NCBI GenBank assembly: GCA_017432005.1
Contig: JAFRKA010000016.1
Coordinates: 145,380 to 209,379, forward strand
Source: Erysipelotrichaceae bacterium
GTDB taxonomy: Bacteria > Bacillota_I > Bacilli_A > Erysipelotrichales > Erysipelotrichaceae
Reading direction: 5' to 3'
DNA: 64,000 nucleotides
Part shown: in pieces, positions 19,090 through 29,204 of the stretch
Layout of the letters: each line of letters starts with the position of its first letter
Position numbering within the stretch: the first letter of the stretch is position 1
The notes under the pieces: generated by a model
What the model saw: the letters and a program-made list of their open reading frames with translations, nothing else
What the model was told of the DNA's origin: nothing
Database searches by the model: none
Made by a program: the position numbers and the translations under genes

Positions 19090-19889
19090 TAGCCAGTATC
19101 GCTTATGTAAAAAAGACATTGGGGGAACTGAAGGCCAAGAAGAAGTACGGTCAGAATTTTATCATTGATGCCAATACCGTCGACAAGATCGCCCGCATCG
19201 CCTGTGATCCTGAACTGACGACGATCGAGATCGGGCCGGGTCTCGGGGCCTTGAGCGAGATGCTTCTGAAGTATTCCCGGGATGTCGATGCCTATGAGAT
19301 AGACAGGGATATGTATGAACTGTTGAAACAGAACATCACCGATGAACGTTTCCGTGTCTTCCTGGGAGATTTTCTGGACGCCGATCTGAGTATCTATAAA
19401 GAGAAAGTGAATGTCTGCGGTAATCTGCCTTACTATGTGACGACGCCGATCCTGTTCAGACTTTTTGAATCGGAGCTGGATATGAAGAAGATCACAGTCA
19501 TGGTCCAGAAGGAAGTCGGAGACAGACTGTGTGCGGAAGTGGGAAGTGAGGATTATTCCGCCTTGAGCATCGAAGTCCAGTATCTTTACGACGTGAAGAC
19601 GGAGATGAACGTTTCCAGAAACGTCTTCTATCCGATGCCGCAGGTCGACAGTGCCGTCATATCCTTCACTCCCAAAAGAGAAAGAGACAGACAGTTCGAA
19701 GAGCGTTTCTTTGAACTGGTCAAAAACTGTTTCCGCATGCGCCGCAAGACCCTTCACAACAACCTGAAGGATCTCTATGATAAAGAAACGATTGACAGGG
19801 TCTACAGTGAACTGGGATGGAACGAGAAGATCAGAGCCCAGGAACTCAGCCTTGATGATTTTATAAAGCTCTACAACGTGCTATATTGA
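19086..19889 (+). CDS. rsmA: 16S rRNA (adenine1518/1519-N6)-dimethyltransferase
   Basis: KKKYGQNFIID, IEIGPGLGALSE and GNLPYYVTTPI motifs. GTG start overlapping the rnmV stop. Confidence 0.93.
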   Translation: MIASIAYVKKTLGELKAKKKYGQNFIIDANTVDKIARIACDPELTTIEIGPGLGALSEMLLKYSRDVDAYEIDRDMYELLKQNITDERFRVFLGDFLDADLSIYKEKVNVCGNLPYYVTTPILFRLFESELDMKKITVMVQKEVGDRLCAEVGSEDYSALSIEVQYLYDVKTEMNVSRNVFYPMPQVDSAVISFTPKRERDRQFEERFFELVKNCFRMRRKTLHNNLKDLYDKETIDRVYSELGWNEKIRAQELSLDDFIKLYNVLY

Positions 19890-19893
19890 TGAT

Positions 19894-20733
19894 ATGAGAG
19901 ACAGAGCGTATGGCAAGATCAACCTTTCTCTCGATGTTTTCAACATCAGGGAAGATGGTTATCATGACATCAATTCGATCATGATCCCGATCGATTTTTA
20001 TGATGAACTGGAGATCAATATCGCTGATGAGGATTCTTTTGAATGTAACAGATCCTACATCCGTTTCAACGAATACAACTCCATCGTGAAGATGATCGCT
20101 GTCCTGAAAGAAAGATACGGGATGGATGATCACTATGAGATAAAACTCAAGAAATGTATACCGGTCAAAGCCGGACTGGGAGGCGGTACGGCCGATGCGG
20201 CCAGTACGCTGAGGATCTTCAGAAGGCTTTATGATCTCAAGATGAGCGATGAAGAGATCATCGATATCAGTGTGAAAGTCGGTGCCGATGTGCCGTTCAA
20301 CTATTTCAATGTTCCGGCGCTTGTCGGAGGGATCGGTGACAAGATCGAGACGCTGGAAATGAAGAAGGAGTATTATATCCTGCTGGTCAAACCGGGCAGC
20401 GGCGTTTCAACTAGAGAAGCCTATGAGAAACTGGATATGGAAAAGTGCGATCATCCGGATATCGAAAGGCTCAGGGAAGCCCTGATCAGAGGTGATAGTC
20501 TGCACGGTCTTTTGGGCAATTCTCTGGAGCAGAGTGCACTGATGCTGAACGACGAGATCAGGGGCGTCAAGGAGCTGTTACTGAGTTACGGATGCGGTGA
20601 AGTACTGATGTCAGGCAGCGGTTCGACGGTCTTCTGTATCGATGAAAACAGAGAGAATATCCTGAAGATCTATGATGAGCTCAAAAACAGCCGTTACTAC
20701 GTCCGATTCACGAAAACGCTGAATAAAAGATAG
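19894..20733 (+). CDS. ispE: 4-diphosphocytidyl-2-C-methyl-D-erythritol kinase
   Basis: AYGKINLSLDV and the GHMP kinase motif PVKAGLGGGTADAA. Confidence 0.9.
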   Translation: MRDRAYGKINLSLDVFNIREDGYHDINSIMIPIDFYDELEINIADEDSFECNRSYIRFNEYNSIVKMIAVLKERYGMDDHYEIKLKKCIPVKAGLGGGTADAASTLRIFRRLYDLKMSDEEIIDISVKVGADVPFNYFNVPALVGGIGDKIETLEMKKEYYILLVKPGSGVSTREAYEKLDMEKCDHPDIERLREALIRGDSLHGLLGNSLEQSALMLNDEIRGVKELLLSYGCGEVLMSGSGSTVFCIDENRENILKIYDELKNSRYYVRFTKTLNKR

Positions 20734-20762
20734 TATAATTAAATGTGATTAAGGAGATAACA

Positions 20763-22178
20763 ATGAATAACGCAATCATTTTTATCAAAGATGAGCAGGA
20801 AAGACAGTTATCCAAAGCACCTTACCTGGGCGGTAATCTGCTGCTGCACGCCGTTAATGAAGTAAGAAAGATCAAAAGTATCCAGAATATCTATGTCGTC
20901 GGAGCTGATTATGATGTTCCGGGCTGTATAAGAAAAGATGAGATCAGAGATGTCCTGGATGAGATAGAGAAGGAACCGGGCAAGACCCTGCTGATCTCAC
21001 CGCTTTATCCTGATCTCAACGCCGATGACTACATGAAGATGATGGAAAAGGACTGCGACGGAGCAGTCATCATGTATGAAGGCGAATCCTGTGAAACGTT
21101 TGCGATCCGCAATGATAAACTCCATGATTTCCGCAATATCTCCTATCAGGGCGTCCAGATAAAATATAAAGCAGTAAAGAAGTTCACAGTTGAAGATGCA
21201 CTGGAATCCAAGGAAGAGAATCTTGATAATGTGATCATCTTCGCTCTTTCTTCCAGTGTGAAACTGGTCAAGGAAGTATGTCACTATCTGAATATCCAGC
21301 CGGGCAAGGTCGATGTCAAGCATTTCGCGGACGGTGAGACACTGGTCGAGATCGGTCAGTCAGTCCGCGGCAAGAACTGCTACATCATTCAGAGTACCTG
21401 CAAGCCGGTCAATGAGACACTGATGGAGGTCCTCATCTGTATCGATGCATTGAGAAGATCATCGGCAGCTGAGATCACCTGCATTATCCCTTACTTCGGC
21501 TATGCCCGTCAGGACCGCAAAGCTTCTCCGCGTCAGCCGATCACGGCTAAACTGGTCGCTTCAATGCTGGAAGAGGCCGGAGCCAATCGTGTCGTGACCT
21601 TTGACCTGCATGCTGCGCAGATCCAGGGTTTCTTCCACTGTCCGGTCGATGATCTGACAGCTGTGCCGATGATGGGTCAGTATTTCCGCCGTAAGGGGTT
21701 CGATCCGGAGAATGTCGTTGTCGTATCGCCTGACCATGGCGGAGTTAAAAGAGCCAGAACACTGGCCGAGATGCTCGGCAGTGCCATCGCTATCATAGAT
21801 AAGAGAAGACCGCAGGCCAATATCGCTGAAGCCTGCAACATCATCGGTGAAGTCGAAGGCAAAGATGTCATCATCGTCGATGATATCTGTGATACCGGCG
21901 GTTCACTGATCGCTGCCTCCAACATCCTGAAGGAAAAGGGAGCCAGAAACATCTATGTATGCATTACCCACGGTCTGTTCTCCAACAATGCCGCGATGCG
22001 TATCCAGGATTCTCCGATCAAGGAAGTCGTCGTCACCAACACGATCATCCCGCCTGAAGAGGAGATGGAGAAGACCACCAAGATCACGACGCTCTCGATC
22101 GGCTGGATGCTTTCAAAACTGGTATTGGCTGTCTCATGCCACACACCGGTATCGGAAGTCTATTCCCTCTACGAATAA
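20763..22178 (+). CDS. prs: Ribose-phosphate pyrophosphokinase with an N-terminal extension of about 155 aa (degenerate nucleotidyltransferase-like)
   Basis: Prs core from about aa 156: VKHFADGE, YFGYARQDRK, DLHAAQIQGFF, VVSPDHGGVKRA, IVDDICDTGGS. I place the start at ATG 20763, after AAGGAG. The N-domain aligns by eye with the GlmU N-terminus but lacks its catalytic motifs. Confidence 0.85.
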   Translation: MNNAIIFIKDEQERQLSKAPYLGGNLLLHAVNEVRKIKSIQNIYVVGADYDVPGCIRKDEIRDVLDEIEKEPGKTLLISPLYPDLNADDYMKMMEKDCDGAVIMYEGESCETFAIRNDKLHDFRNISYQGVQIKYKAVKKFTVEDALESKEENLDNVIIFALSSSVKLVKEVCHYLNIQPGKVDVKHFADGETLVEIGQSVRGKNCYIIQSTCKPVNETLMEVLICIDALRRSSAAEITCIIPYFGYARQDRKASPRQPITAKLVASMLEEAGANRVVTFDLHAAQIQGFFHCPVDDLTAVPMMGQYFRRKGFDPENVVVVSPDHGGVKRARTLAEMLGSAIAIIDKRRPQANIAEACNIIGEVEGKDVIIVDDICDTGGSLIAASNILKEKGARNIYVCITHGLFSNNAAMRIQDSPIKEVVVTNTIIPPEEEMEKTTKITTLSIGWMLSKLVLAVSCHTPVSEVYSLYE

Positions 22179-22185
22179 CGCACTG

Positions 22186-22208
22186 AACTGCCCTAAAGGG
22201 CAGTTTTT
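22186..22208 (+). terminator. Intrinsic terminator after prs
   Basis: ACTGCCC-taaa-GGGCAGT stem followed by TTTTTT. Confidence 0.85.
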
Positions 22209-22286
22209 TAATAACTCAGGTGGTAAAATTATACCCGTAAGGTTCTGTAATAATAAGTATATAAACTGGTAAACGGGAGGTCCTGT

Positions 22287-23720
22287 ATGAAACACGTACT
22301 GAATCATGATTTTGCACCGGAGTTTTATTTTGAGAAGATCTGTGAATATCCTCACGGTTCCTATCATGAGAAACCGTTGAGCGATTATCTGACGGAATTC
22401 GCGAAGGAACACGGACTCAGATACAGACAGTACGAAAACTGGAACGTCATCATCTATAAGGATGCTTCAGCAGGCTATGAGGATCATGAACCGCTGATAC
22501 TGCAGGGACATATCGACATGGTCTGTGAGAAGGATCAGGACTGCGATCATGACTTCCTGAAAGATCCGCTCGACCTCTATGTGGAAGACGGTTTCCTGAA
22601 AGCGAAAGGTACGACTTTAGGAGCTGATGACGGCGTGGCTGTGGCATACATGCTGGCGATCCTGGCTGATGACAAGATCCCGCATCCGCCACTTGAGTGT
22701 GTATTCACCACCCAGGAAGAAGTCGGCTGTGTCGGAGCTTTCGGGATCGATTTCTCTGACCTTAAGTCAAAGAGGATGCTCTCGCTTGACGGTCTGGGCG
22801 GTACGACCTGTGACGTCTCTTCTGCCGGTTCCTGGCATCAGGTCCTGAACAGAAAGATCACCAAAGAAAACAGAAACAGCAGCTTCTATAAAATAAAGAT
22901 CGACGGACTCAAAGGCGGACATTCCGGTTCGATGATCGACAAAGAAAGAGCCAACTCGATCAAACTTATGGCCCGTATCCTCTGTGAACTGAACAAGAAA
23001 GAAAAGATCCGTCTGGCACATATCAGCGGTGGAGATAAAGACAACGCCATACCGGTATATTGCGAAGCGCTGTTCTGCTCTGATGCTGAAGAAGCAGAAC
23101 TGGAAAAGATCGTAAAAAAGATGAGTGACATCATTCATCATGAATACATGTATTCCGATGAAGGCATAACAGTCAGTTTTGAAAAGAGCGAAAAAGAAAG
23201 TGTCCTGTCTGAAGGTGACAGTAACGATCTGATCGCTTTCCTGATGGTGCTGCCTAACGGTTTACGTCATAAAAGTATGGTGATCGATGATCTGACCACC
23301 GCTTCACAGAATCTGGCCAGTATCAGAATGGATGATGAGCAGATCACGATCCGCTATTTTGCGCGGGCTCAGCTGCGTTCACACCTCGAGGAACAGGCTG
23401 AAGAGATCACTTTGCTGGCGATGAGATTCGGTTTCTTATCAACACTTGGTGATTATGCCCCAAGCTGGGAATACCAGAAAGATTCAAAGATCAGAGAACT
23501 GCTGTTTAAGGTCTATAACGATATAACCGGAAAACAGCTGACACCGATCGCTACGCACGGCGGACTGGAGACCGGCTACTTCTGTACCGGTATTCCGGGT
23601 ATCGATATCGCTACCTACGGACCGCTGGTCCTTGACTATCACACTTCCCGTGAGGCGCTGGATCTTGACTCATTCAGGGAAGCCTACAGCGTCGTGCTTG
23701 AATTATTAAGAAGAGCTTAA
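22287..23720 (+). CDS. pepD: Aminoacyl-histidine (Xaa-His) dipeptidase, M20 family
   Basis: LQGHIDMVCEK, GTTLGADDGVAVAY and TTQEEVG motifs. Size of 477 aa fits. Confidence 0.85.
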   Translation: MKHVLNHDFAPEFYFEKICEYPHGSYHEKPLSDYLTEFAKEHGLRYRQYENWNVIIYKDASAGYEDHEPLILQGHIDMVCEKDQDCDHDFLKDPLDLYVEDGFLKAKGTTLGADDGVAVAYMLAILADDKIPHPPLECVFTTQEEVGCVGAFGIDFSDLKSKRMLSLDGLGGTTCDVSSAGSWHQVLNRKITKENRNSSFYKIKIDGLKGGHSGSMIDKERANSIKLMARILCELNKKEKIRLAHISGGDKDNAIPVYCEALFCSDAEEAELEKIVKKMSDIIHHEYMYSDEGITVSFEKSEKESVLSEGDSNDLIAFLMVLPNGLRHKSMVIDDLTTASQNLASIRMDDEQITIRYFARAQLRSHLEEQAEEITLLAMRFGFLSTLGDYAPSWEYQKDSKIRELLFKVYNDITGKQLTPIATHGGLETGYFCTGIPGIDIATYGPLVLDYHTSREALDLDSFREAYSVVLELLRRA

Positions 23721-23728
23721 AGGAAATA

Positions 23729-26074
23729 ATGGATCTTAGTCTGTTTGCAGAGATGAAGAATGTTCTGATGATCGCTCCGGACTCTTATAAAAAGAAGCTG
23801 CTGGAGTATTTCTATCAGAACAGGATGATCGCCGATATCAAATTCATGGATCTCAATGAATATAAGAAGAGATGGTTTTTTGATTACGACATCAGAGCTC
23901 TGAAATATCTCTGTGACAGATATGGTCTCAGTGTAAGCAATGCCAGAGAGATCCTGGAAGTCCTGCATAATGTGGAAGATAAAAAATACGGTATCAGCAA
24001 GCTGGATACTTTGGTCGATATCAGAAAACAGCTGGATAAAGAAGGCCTGCTTATCTACGATCCGCTGTTCAAGGAATATCTGAAGAAAAAGAAGATCGTC
24101 GTCTGGGGATACGGAAAACTTGATGAAGCTGACCGCGGGATCATCGACGGTGAAGTCATCGAATATGGGTATGACGATAAGACATATGATCTTCACTGTT
24201 TCGAAGAGATCGAAGATGAAGTCGAATATGTATATGATATGATCTCTGATCTTTTAAGAGAAGGCACTGATATCAACAGGATCTTTATCCTGAATATGAA
24301 CAGTGATTATGAAAGCTATATCAGACGCTTCAACAGATACTACGGCTTTACTCTCGATTATAAGAATGATGATACTCTGATCGGAACGGAAGAAGCTGCT
24401 GAATTCCTTGAGCTGATACGTAAGCTGTCCAAGGAAGAACTGTTTGCTTACTATCAGAACAGAGGTGATGAGAACAGTTCCCGTTTCCTGAATATCATCA
24501 ACCGCTATACTGGCTATGATCTGAAACAGATGGAAGAATTCATCCGTGACGATCTTAAGAATACCAGCGTCAGCAGCAGGAACTTAACTGATACTGTTAA
24601 GTGTGCAGACATGTTCAGCTGCTTCACATCTGAGGATCATGTCTTCCTGCTGGGCTTCAATGACATGCTTCCGGCCATGAAGAGTGATATCGAATACATC
24701 ACCGACAATATCCGTGAACTGGTCGGTCTTTCACGCTGCGAGAAGCAGAACGAAACGATCAGAGCGAATGCCTGTGCTTATCTCTCCGGCATCGCTGATC
24801 TGCATCTTTCCTGCTGCAGGAAGAGCCCGTTCAGGGAGTATCAGCCGAACCTGCTTTATCCGACTGAAAAGATAAACAGATTGACCCATGAAAGATCTTA
24901 TGAATATGCAGACGACCTCAACAGAACGCGATATGCGTACCTGCTGGATCGGATGTACAGATACAATCTTCATGACGATGACATCGATCTTCTGTATAAG
25001 AGATACAGAGACAACGACTATATGACCTATGACAACCGTTTCAGCGGTATCGATGATGATCCAATCAACAGGGTGATGCTTTCATATTCATCGATGGATC
25101 AGTTCTACCGCTGTCAGTTTGCCTATTATGTTCAGCATATCCTGGGTGTGAATGATTTTGAGAATACTTTCTATACCAGGTTGGGAACATTGTGTCACGA
25201 TGTTCTGGCGGACTGTTTCACTCAAGAGGATTTTGATTTTGAGCGCTCATGGGAAACAAACAGAAAGATAGTAGCCGGAGATGAACCTTTCCCTGAAAGC
25301 GAGGGCGAAGCATTCTTCTTAAATAAGATCAGAGAAGAACTGATCAGGGATATCGGGATCATAAAGAAGCAGAACAGTCTTACAAAGTTGAATAAACATC
25401 TGTGTGAGAAAGACGTGAATGTCATGATCAATGATAGAACAGGTTTTAAAGGCTTCATCGATAAAGTGATGTACAAGGAAAATGATGAAAATGTGATAGC
25501 TTCGATCATCGACTATAAGACCGGCAATACGAAGATCAATACCAAATATATGGAATACGGGCTCTCACTGCAGCTTCCTTCCTATCTTTATCTGTTATCC
25601 AATTCAGGACTTTTTGATAAGCAAATAAAGTATGCCGGCTTCTATCTTCAGCATCTCATCAACAATGACCGCAGGTATTATGAAGATAAGACAGCTGAAG
25701 AGGTCAAAGAAGACAGTATGAAACTGGAAGGCTATACGACTGCCGATCAGGAAAGACTTTCATACTGGGACAGCAGTATCGCTGAAGGGACCAGTTCTTT
25801 TATCAGCGGACTGAAGCTGAAGAAAGACGGATCGTTCTATGCAGGCTGCAAGGTCCTCTCAGATGAGGGAATGCAGGCGATGATCGATCTGGTCGATGAA
25901 AAAGTAAGAAAAGCCGGCAAGGCGATCCATGAGGGTGATTTCAGGATCAATCCTAAACTGATCGATGAAAAGAATGCTTCATGTGGTTTCTGTCCGTATG
26001 AAGCGATCTGTTACAGAAGATACCGGGACTATGAACAGTATACGACCGCTGAAGGAGATGAAGACGATGGCTGA
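23729..26074 (+). CDS. addB: Helicase-nuclease AddAB subunit B (RexB-like, no Walker A seen)
   Basis: C-terminal PD-(D/E)xK nuclease region (IDYKTG) with a Cys cluster (CGFCPYEAIC). It lies upstream of addA and overlaps it by 8 nt. Confidence 0.8.
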   Translation: MDLSLFAEMKNVLMIAPDSYKKKLLEYFYQNRMIADIKFMDLNEYKKRWFFDYDIRALKYLCDRYGLSVSNAREILEVLHNVEDKKYGISKLDTLVDIRKQLDKEGLLIYDPLFKEYLKKKKIVVWGYGKLDEADRGIIDGEVIEYGYDDKTYDLHCFEEIEDEVEYVYDMISDLLREGTDINRIFILNMNSDYESYIRRFNRYYGFTLDYKNDDTLIGTEEAAEFLELIRKLSKEELFAYYQNRGDENSSRFLNIINRYTGYDLKQMEEFIRDDLKNTSVSSRNLTDTVKCADMFSCFTSEDHVFLLGFNDMLPAMKSDIEYITDNIRELVGLSRCEKQNETIRANACAYLSGIADLHLSCCRKSPFREYQPNLLYPTEKINRLTHERSYEYADDLNRTRYAYLLDRMYRYNLHDDDIDLLYKRYRDNDYMTYDNRFSGIDDDPINRVMLSYSSMDQFYRCQFAYYVQHILGVNDFENTFYTRLGTLCHDVLADCFTQEDFDFERSWETNRKIVAGDEPFPESEGEAFFLNKIREELIRDIGIIKKQNSLTKLNKHLCEKDVNVMINDRTGFKGFIDKVMYKENDENVIASIIDYKTGNTKINTKYMEYGLSLQLPSYLYLLSNSGLFDKQIKYAGFYLQHLINNDRRYYEDKTAEEVKEDSMKLEGYTTADQERLSYWDSSIAEGTSSFISGLKLKKDGSFYAGCKVLSDEGMQAMIDLVDEKVRKAGKAIHEGDFRINPKLIDEKNASCGFCPYEAICYRRYRDYEQYTTAEGDEDDG

Positions 26075-29000
26075 GAAATGGACATTGCAGCAGGAAAAAG
26101 CGATCGCTGATTTCGGTCATAATATCCTGGTCTCCGCCGGAGCAGGCAGCGGCAAGACGGCAGTTCTGACTGATCGCGTTTACCGTCATGTCGGACAGCG
26201 CAAGATCAACATCAATGAACTGCTGGTATTGACTTTCACCAACAAGGCAGCTGCCGAAATGAAAGATAGGATCAGAAAGAAGATCATCAGTGATGAAGAA
26301 GGTCTTTTCGCTGACGAAGAGGAAAAGAAGACGCAGATAAACAAGATCGACAGCAGTCACATCATGACCTTCGATGCCTATGCGTTGTTTCTGGTAAAGA
26401 AGTATCACTATCTGCTGGGAACTGATAAGGACATACGGATAATCGACAGGAACATCCTGGAGATAAACGGCAGAAAGATCCTGGATGAGATCATGAACGA
26501 AATGTACGGCAGACAGGATAAGGATTTTACGGATCTGATCAGTACTTACTGTGTCAGAGATGACCGCAATATCCGCTCTTTCGTCATGGAACTGAACCGG
26601 AAACTTGAGATGATCTATGAAAGAGATGAGTATGTCAACACATATTCGGAACGTTTCTATACAAATGAAGCATTGGGAAATACCGTCACTGAATGCGCAA
26701 GGATCCTGAAGGAGAAGATCAGAGAGCTCGATGAATGTTTCAACGAATTATCCGAATGTGTGGAGAATGTCACTGATTTCTATACAGGTATCTATGAACT
26801 CAAAGCTGCCGAGACCTATGACGAGATCAGGGAAGCAGTCCGCAATTGTCAGAGCACCGGAAAGAGGCTGCCAAACGGCAGCGGTGCAGGGGACATAAAA
26901 AAGAAGATCAATAAACTGCTGGAAGATCTGAACGCTTCGACAGTAAACGATCATGATGAACTGCTGAAAGAACTCAAGTCAGCAGAAAGATACGAACTGT
27001 GTCTGCTGAAACTGGCCGAAGAACTGGAAACAAGGATGAACGGATACAAGAAAGAAAATGAGATGTATTCTTTCATCGATATCTTCAAGATGGCGATCAG
27101 ACTGCTTGATGAAAATCCGGAAATAAAGGAAGAGATCAAGAACGGATTCAAAGAGATCCTGATCGATGAGTATCAGGATACCAATGATCTGCAGGATGAA
27201 TTCATCAGGCGTATCGCCGATGATAACGTCTACATGGTCGGTGATATCAAACAGTCGATCTACCGTTTCCGCAACGCCAATCCGAAACTGTTCATGGACA
27301 GATACAGACATTACAAAGAAAATGACGGCGGAGAGCTTATCGAACTGTCTCACAATTTCCGTTCCCGGAAGGAGATCATTGAAGATATCAATGTCGTCTT
27401 TGACCGGCTGATGGATGAAAAGATCGGCGGAGCAAATTATGCGGCCGCTCATCATATGATCTGTGGTCGGAAAGATAATGAAATCCCTGCTCAGAACAAT
27501 CACATCGAGATCCGTACTTATGATCCTGAAGACAGAGGCGACTATGATTCTGATGAAGCGGAAGCCTTTGTTATTGCCCGGGATATTCAAAACAAGGTCG
27601 GCAAGTTCATTGTGGAAGATAATAATGTACTCCGTCCGGCTGAATACCGTGACTTCTGTGTCATCATCGACCGCGGCAACAGTTTCGATCTGTACCGGAA
27701 GATCTTCACTTATCTGAACATCCCGTCTTTCATCGAAAGAGAAGAGAAGATGAAAGATTCTGATCTTATTTCTGTGATCAGGGCCGCTTTCATGTTGCTG
27801 AAATGTATCAGTGAAGAAGACTATGGCTATACGTTCCGCTATGCCTGGCTCTCACTTGCCAGAAGTTTCGTTTCAGACCTTAATGACAAACAGATCTATG
27901 AGATCTTCAGAAATGAGGGTTTCCAGGATTCAGATATCTGCAAAAAGATCATGACGATCGCGGAAGGCATCTCCTTCAAGAGCATCTCCATGATCCTGGA
28001 TGAGATCATCGAAGTCTTTGATATCTACAAACGGATCTTCAGGATCTCTGATGTCCATGAGAATCTGGTCAAGATCGACTATCTCTATCAGCTTTCTCAT
28101 ACCCTGAACAGTATCGGCTACAGCTATAAGGATCTCATCTCCTATCTGGATGAGATATTTGAAGATAATGAGCGCGGCGATATCGAATACAGTATCGACA
28201 AGGGCGATGAGAATGCGGTCAGGATCATCAATATCCATAAATCAAAAGGTCTGCAGTATCGGATCTGTTACTATCCGGGACTAAATGTCCGTTTCAATGA
28301 CAGTGAACTGCGTTCATCTTTCGTCTTCTCCCGCCGCAGCGGCATAATCATCCCGGTCATGGTAAAAGACCGCGGTCTGAGAAACAGTATCCGCAAATTA
28401 CTCTATATCGATGAATATCAGGAAGATGATATCGGTGAGAAACAGCGTCTGCTTTATGTCGCGCTGACCAGAAGCCAGGAGAAGATCGTTATGGTGACAC
28501 CGCTGGAAGACCATACGGAAAAGGGTAAGATCGTATCGGATCTGAAACGCAAACAGGCAGGCTGTTTCAAAGATCTTCTGGAATATGTCTACAGGGATCT
28601 GGACGATCACGGATTCATCGTTGAGACAGATCTGAATGATCTCGGTCTGAGCAGGGATTACCGTTCTCCTTTATACAGACCGCTGAAGGAACTAGTTCAT
28701 GATACAGATTCCTCACTGCTCATGAAACAGCCGGTCCATGTCGAAGCTGTGGAACAGGAAAAGAGCAGGTATTCCAAGGAAGCAGGTCTGATCGCTCCGG
28801 AGACACTGAAGGTCATGGAGCTCGGTACCAGACTGCATTACTATCTTGAAACGATCGACTTCAAAGACATCGATCTGTCTTTCGTGGAAGAGAAATACCG
28901 CGATATGATCAGAGCTTTCTTTGACAGTGAACTGATGAAAGATGTGAAGAACGGAAAAGCCTACAAGGAATATGAATTCGTCTATGAGGAAGACAATGAA

Positions 29001-29204
29001 GTGAAGCACGGTTTCATCGACCTGCTTATGGAGTATGATGATCATTTCGATATCATCGACTACAAAACGAAGAATATCGATGATGAACATTATGATGAAC
29101 AGCTCAACGGCTACCGCCGTTATATCAGATCTGTTTCAGATAAGGATGTATACTGTTATCTTTACAGTATAATGGATGGTGGATACAGGGAAGTCAAAGA
29201 ATGA
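26067..29204 (+). CDS. addA: Helicase-nuclease AddAB subunit A (UvrD/PcrA-like helicase plus RecB nuclease)
   Basis: WTLQQEKAI...AGAGSGKT (Walker A), ILIDEYQDTN, GDIKQSIYRFRNA, LLYVALTRS, and a C-terminal GFIDLL...IIDYKT nuclease motif. I place the start at ATG 26067 inside ORF 25965..29204. Confidence 0.92.
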   Translation: MAEKWTLQQEKAIADFGHNILVSAGAGSGKTAVLTDRVYRHVGQRKININELLVLTFTNKAAAEMKDRIRKKIISDEEGLFADEEEKKTQINKIDSSHIMTFDAYALFLVKKYHYLLGTDKDIRIIDRNILEINGRKILDEIMNEMYGRQDKDFTDLISTYCVRDDRNIRSFVMELNRKLEMIYERDEYVNTYSERFYTNEALGNTVTECARILKEKIRELDECFNELSECVENVTDFYTGIYELKAAETYDEIREAVRNCQSTGKRLPNGSGAGDIKKKINKLLEDLNASTVNDHDELLKELKSAERYELCLLKLAEELETRMNGYKKENEMYSFIDIFKMAIRLLDENPEIKEEIKNGFKEILIDEYQDTNDLQDEFIRRIADDNVYMVGDIKQSIYRFRNANPKLFMDRYRHYKENDGGELIELSHNFRSRKEIIEDINVVFDRLMDEKIGGANYAAAHHMICGRKDNEIPAQNNHIEIRTYDPEDRGDYDSDEAEAFVIARDIQNKVGKFIVEDNNVLRPAEYRDFCVIIDRGNSFDLYRKIFTYLNIPSFIEREEKMKDSDLISVIRAAFMLLKCISEEDYGYTFRYAWLSLARSFVSDLNDKQIYEIFRNEGFQDSDICKKIMTIAEGISFKSISMILDEIIEVFDIYKRIFRISDVHENLVKIDYLYQLSHTLNSIGYSYKDLISYLDEIFEDNERGDIEYSIDKGDENAVRIINIHKSKGLQYRICYYPGLNVRFNDSELRSSFVFSRRSGIIIPVMVKDRGLRNSIRKLLYIDEYQEDDIGEKQRLLYVALTRSQEKIVMVTPLEDHTEKGKIVSDLKRKQAGCFKDLLEYVYRDLDDHGFIVETDLNDLGLSRDYRSPLYRPLKELVHDTDSSLLMKQPVHVEAVEQEKSRYSKEAGLIAPETLKVMELGTRLHYYLETIDFKDIDLSFVEEKYRDMIRAFFDSELMKDVKNGKAYKEYEFVYEEDNEVKHGFIDLLMEYDDHFDIIDYKTKNIDDEHYDEQLNGYRRYIRSVSDKDVYCYLYSIMDGGYREVKE

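Noticed and set aside
18936-19757. 273-aa ORF on the - strand antisense to rnmV/rsmA. There are similar long antisense ORFs at 40824..41585 (253 aa, antisense to nagA), 26979..27590 (antisense to addA), 47314..47898 (antisense to arcA), 53430..54026 (antisense to the M20D gene), 60502..61080 (antisense to the ABC gene) and 50090..50542.
   Set aside because: Each lies entirely opposite a gene with unambiguous family motifs. None has a recognisable motif or RBS, and each has a low-complexity composition. The codon usage here (GAT, ATC, CTG, GAA, CAG) is nearly stop-free in reverse complement, which explains them as shadow ORFs.
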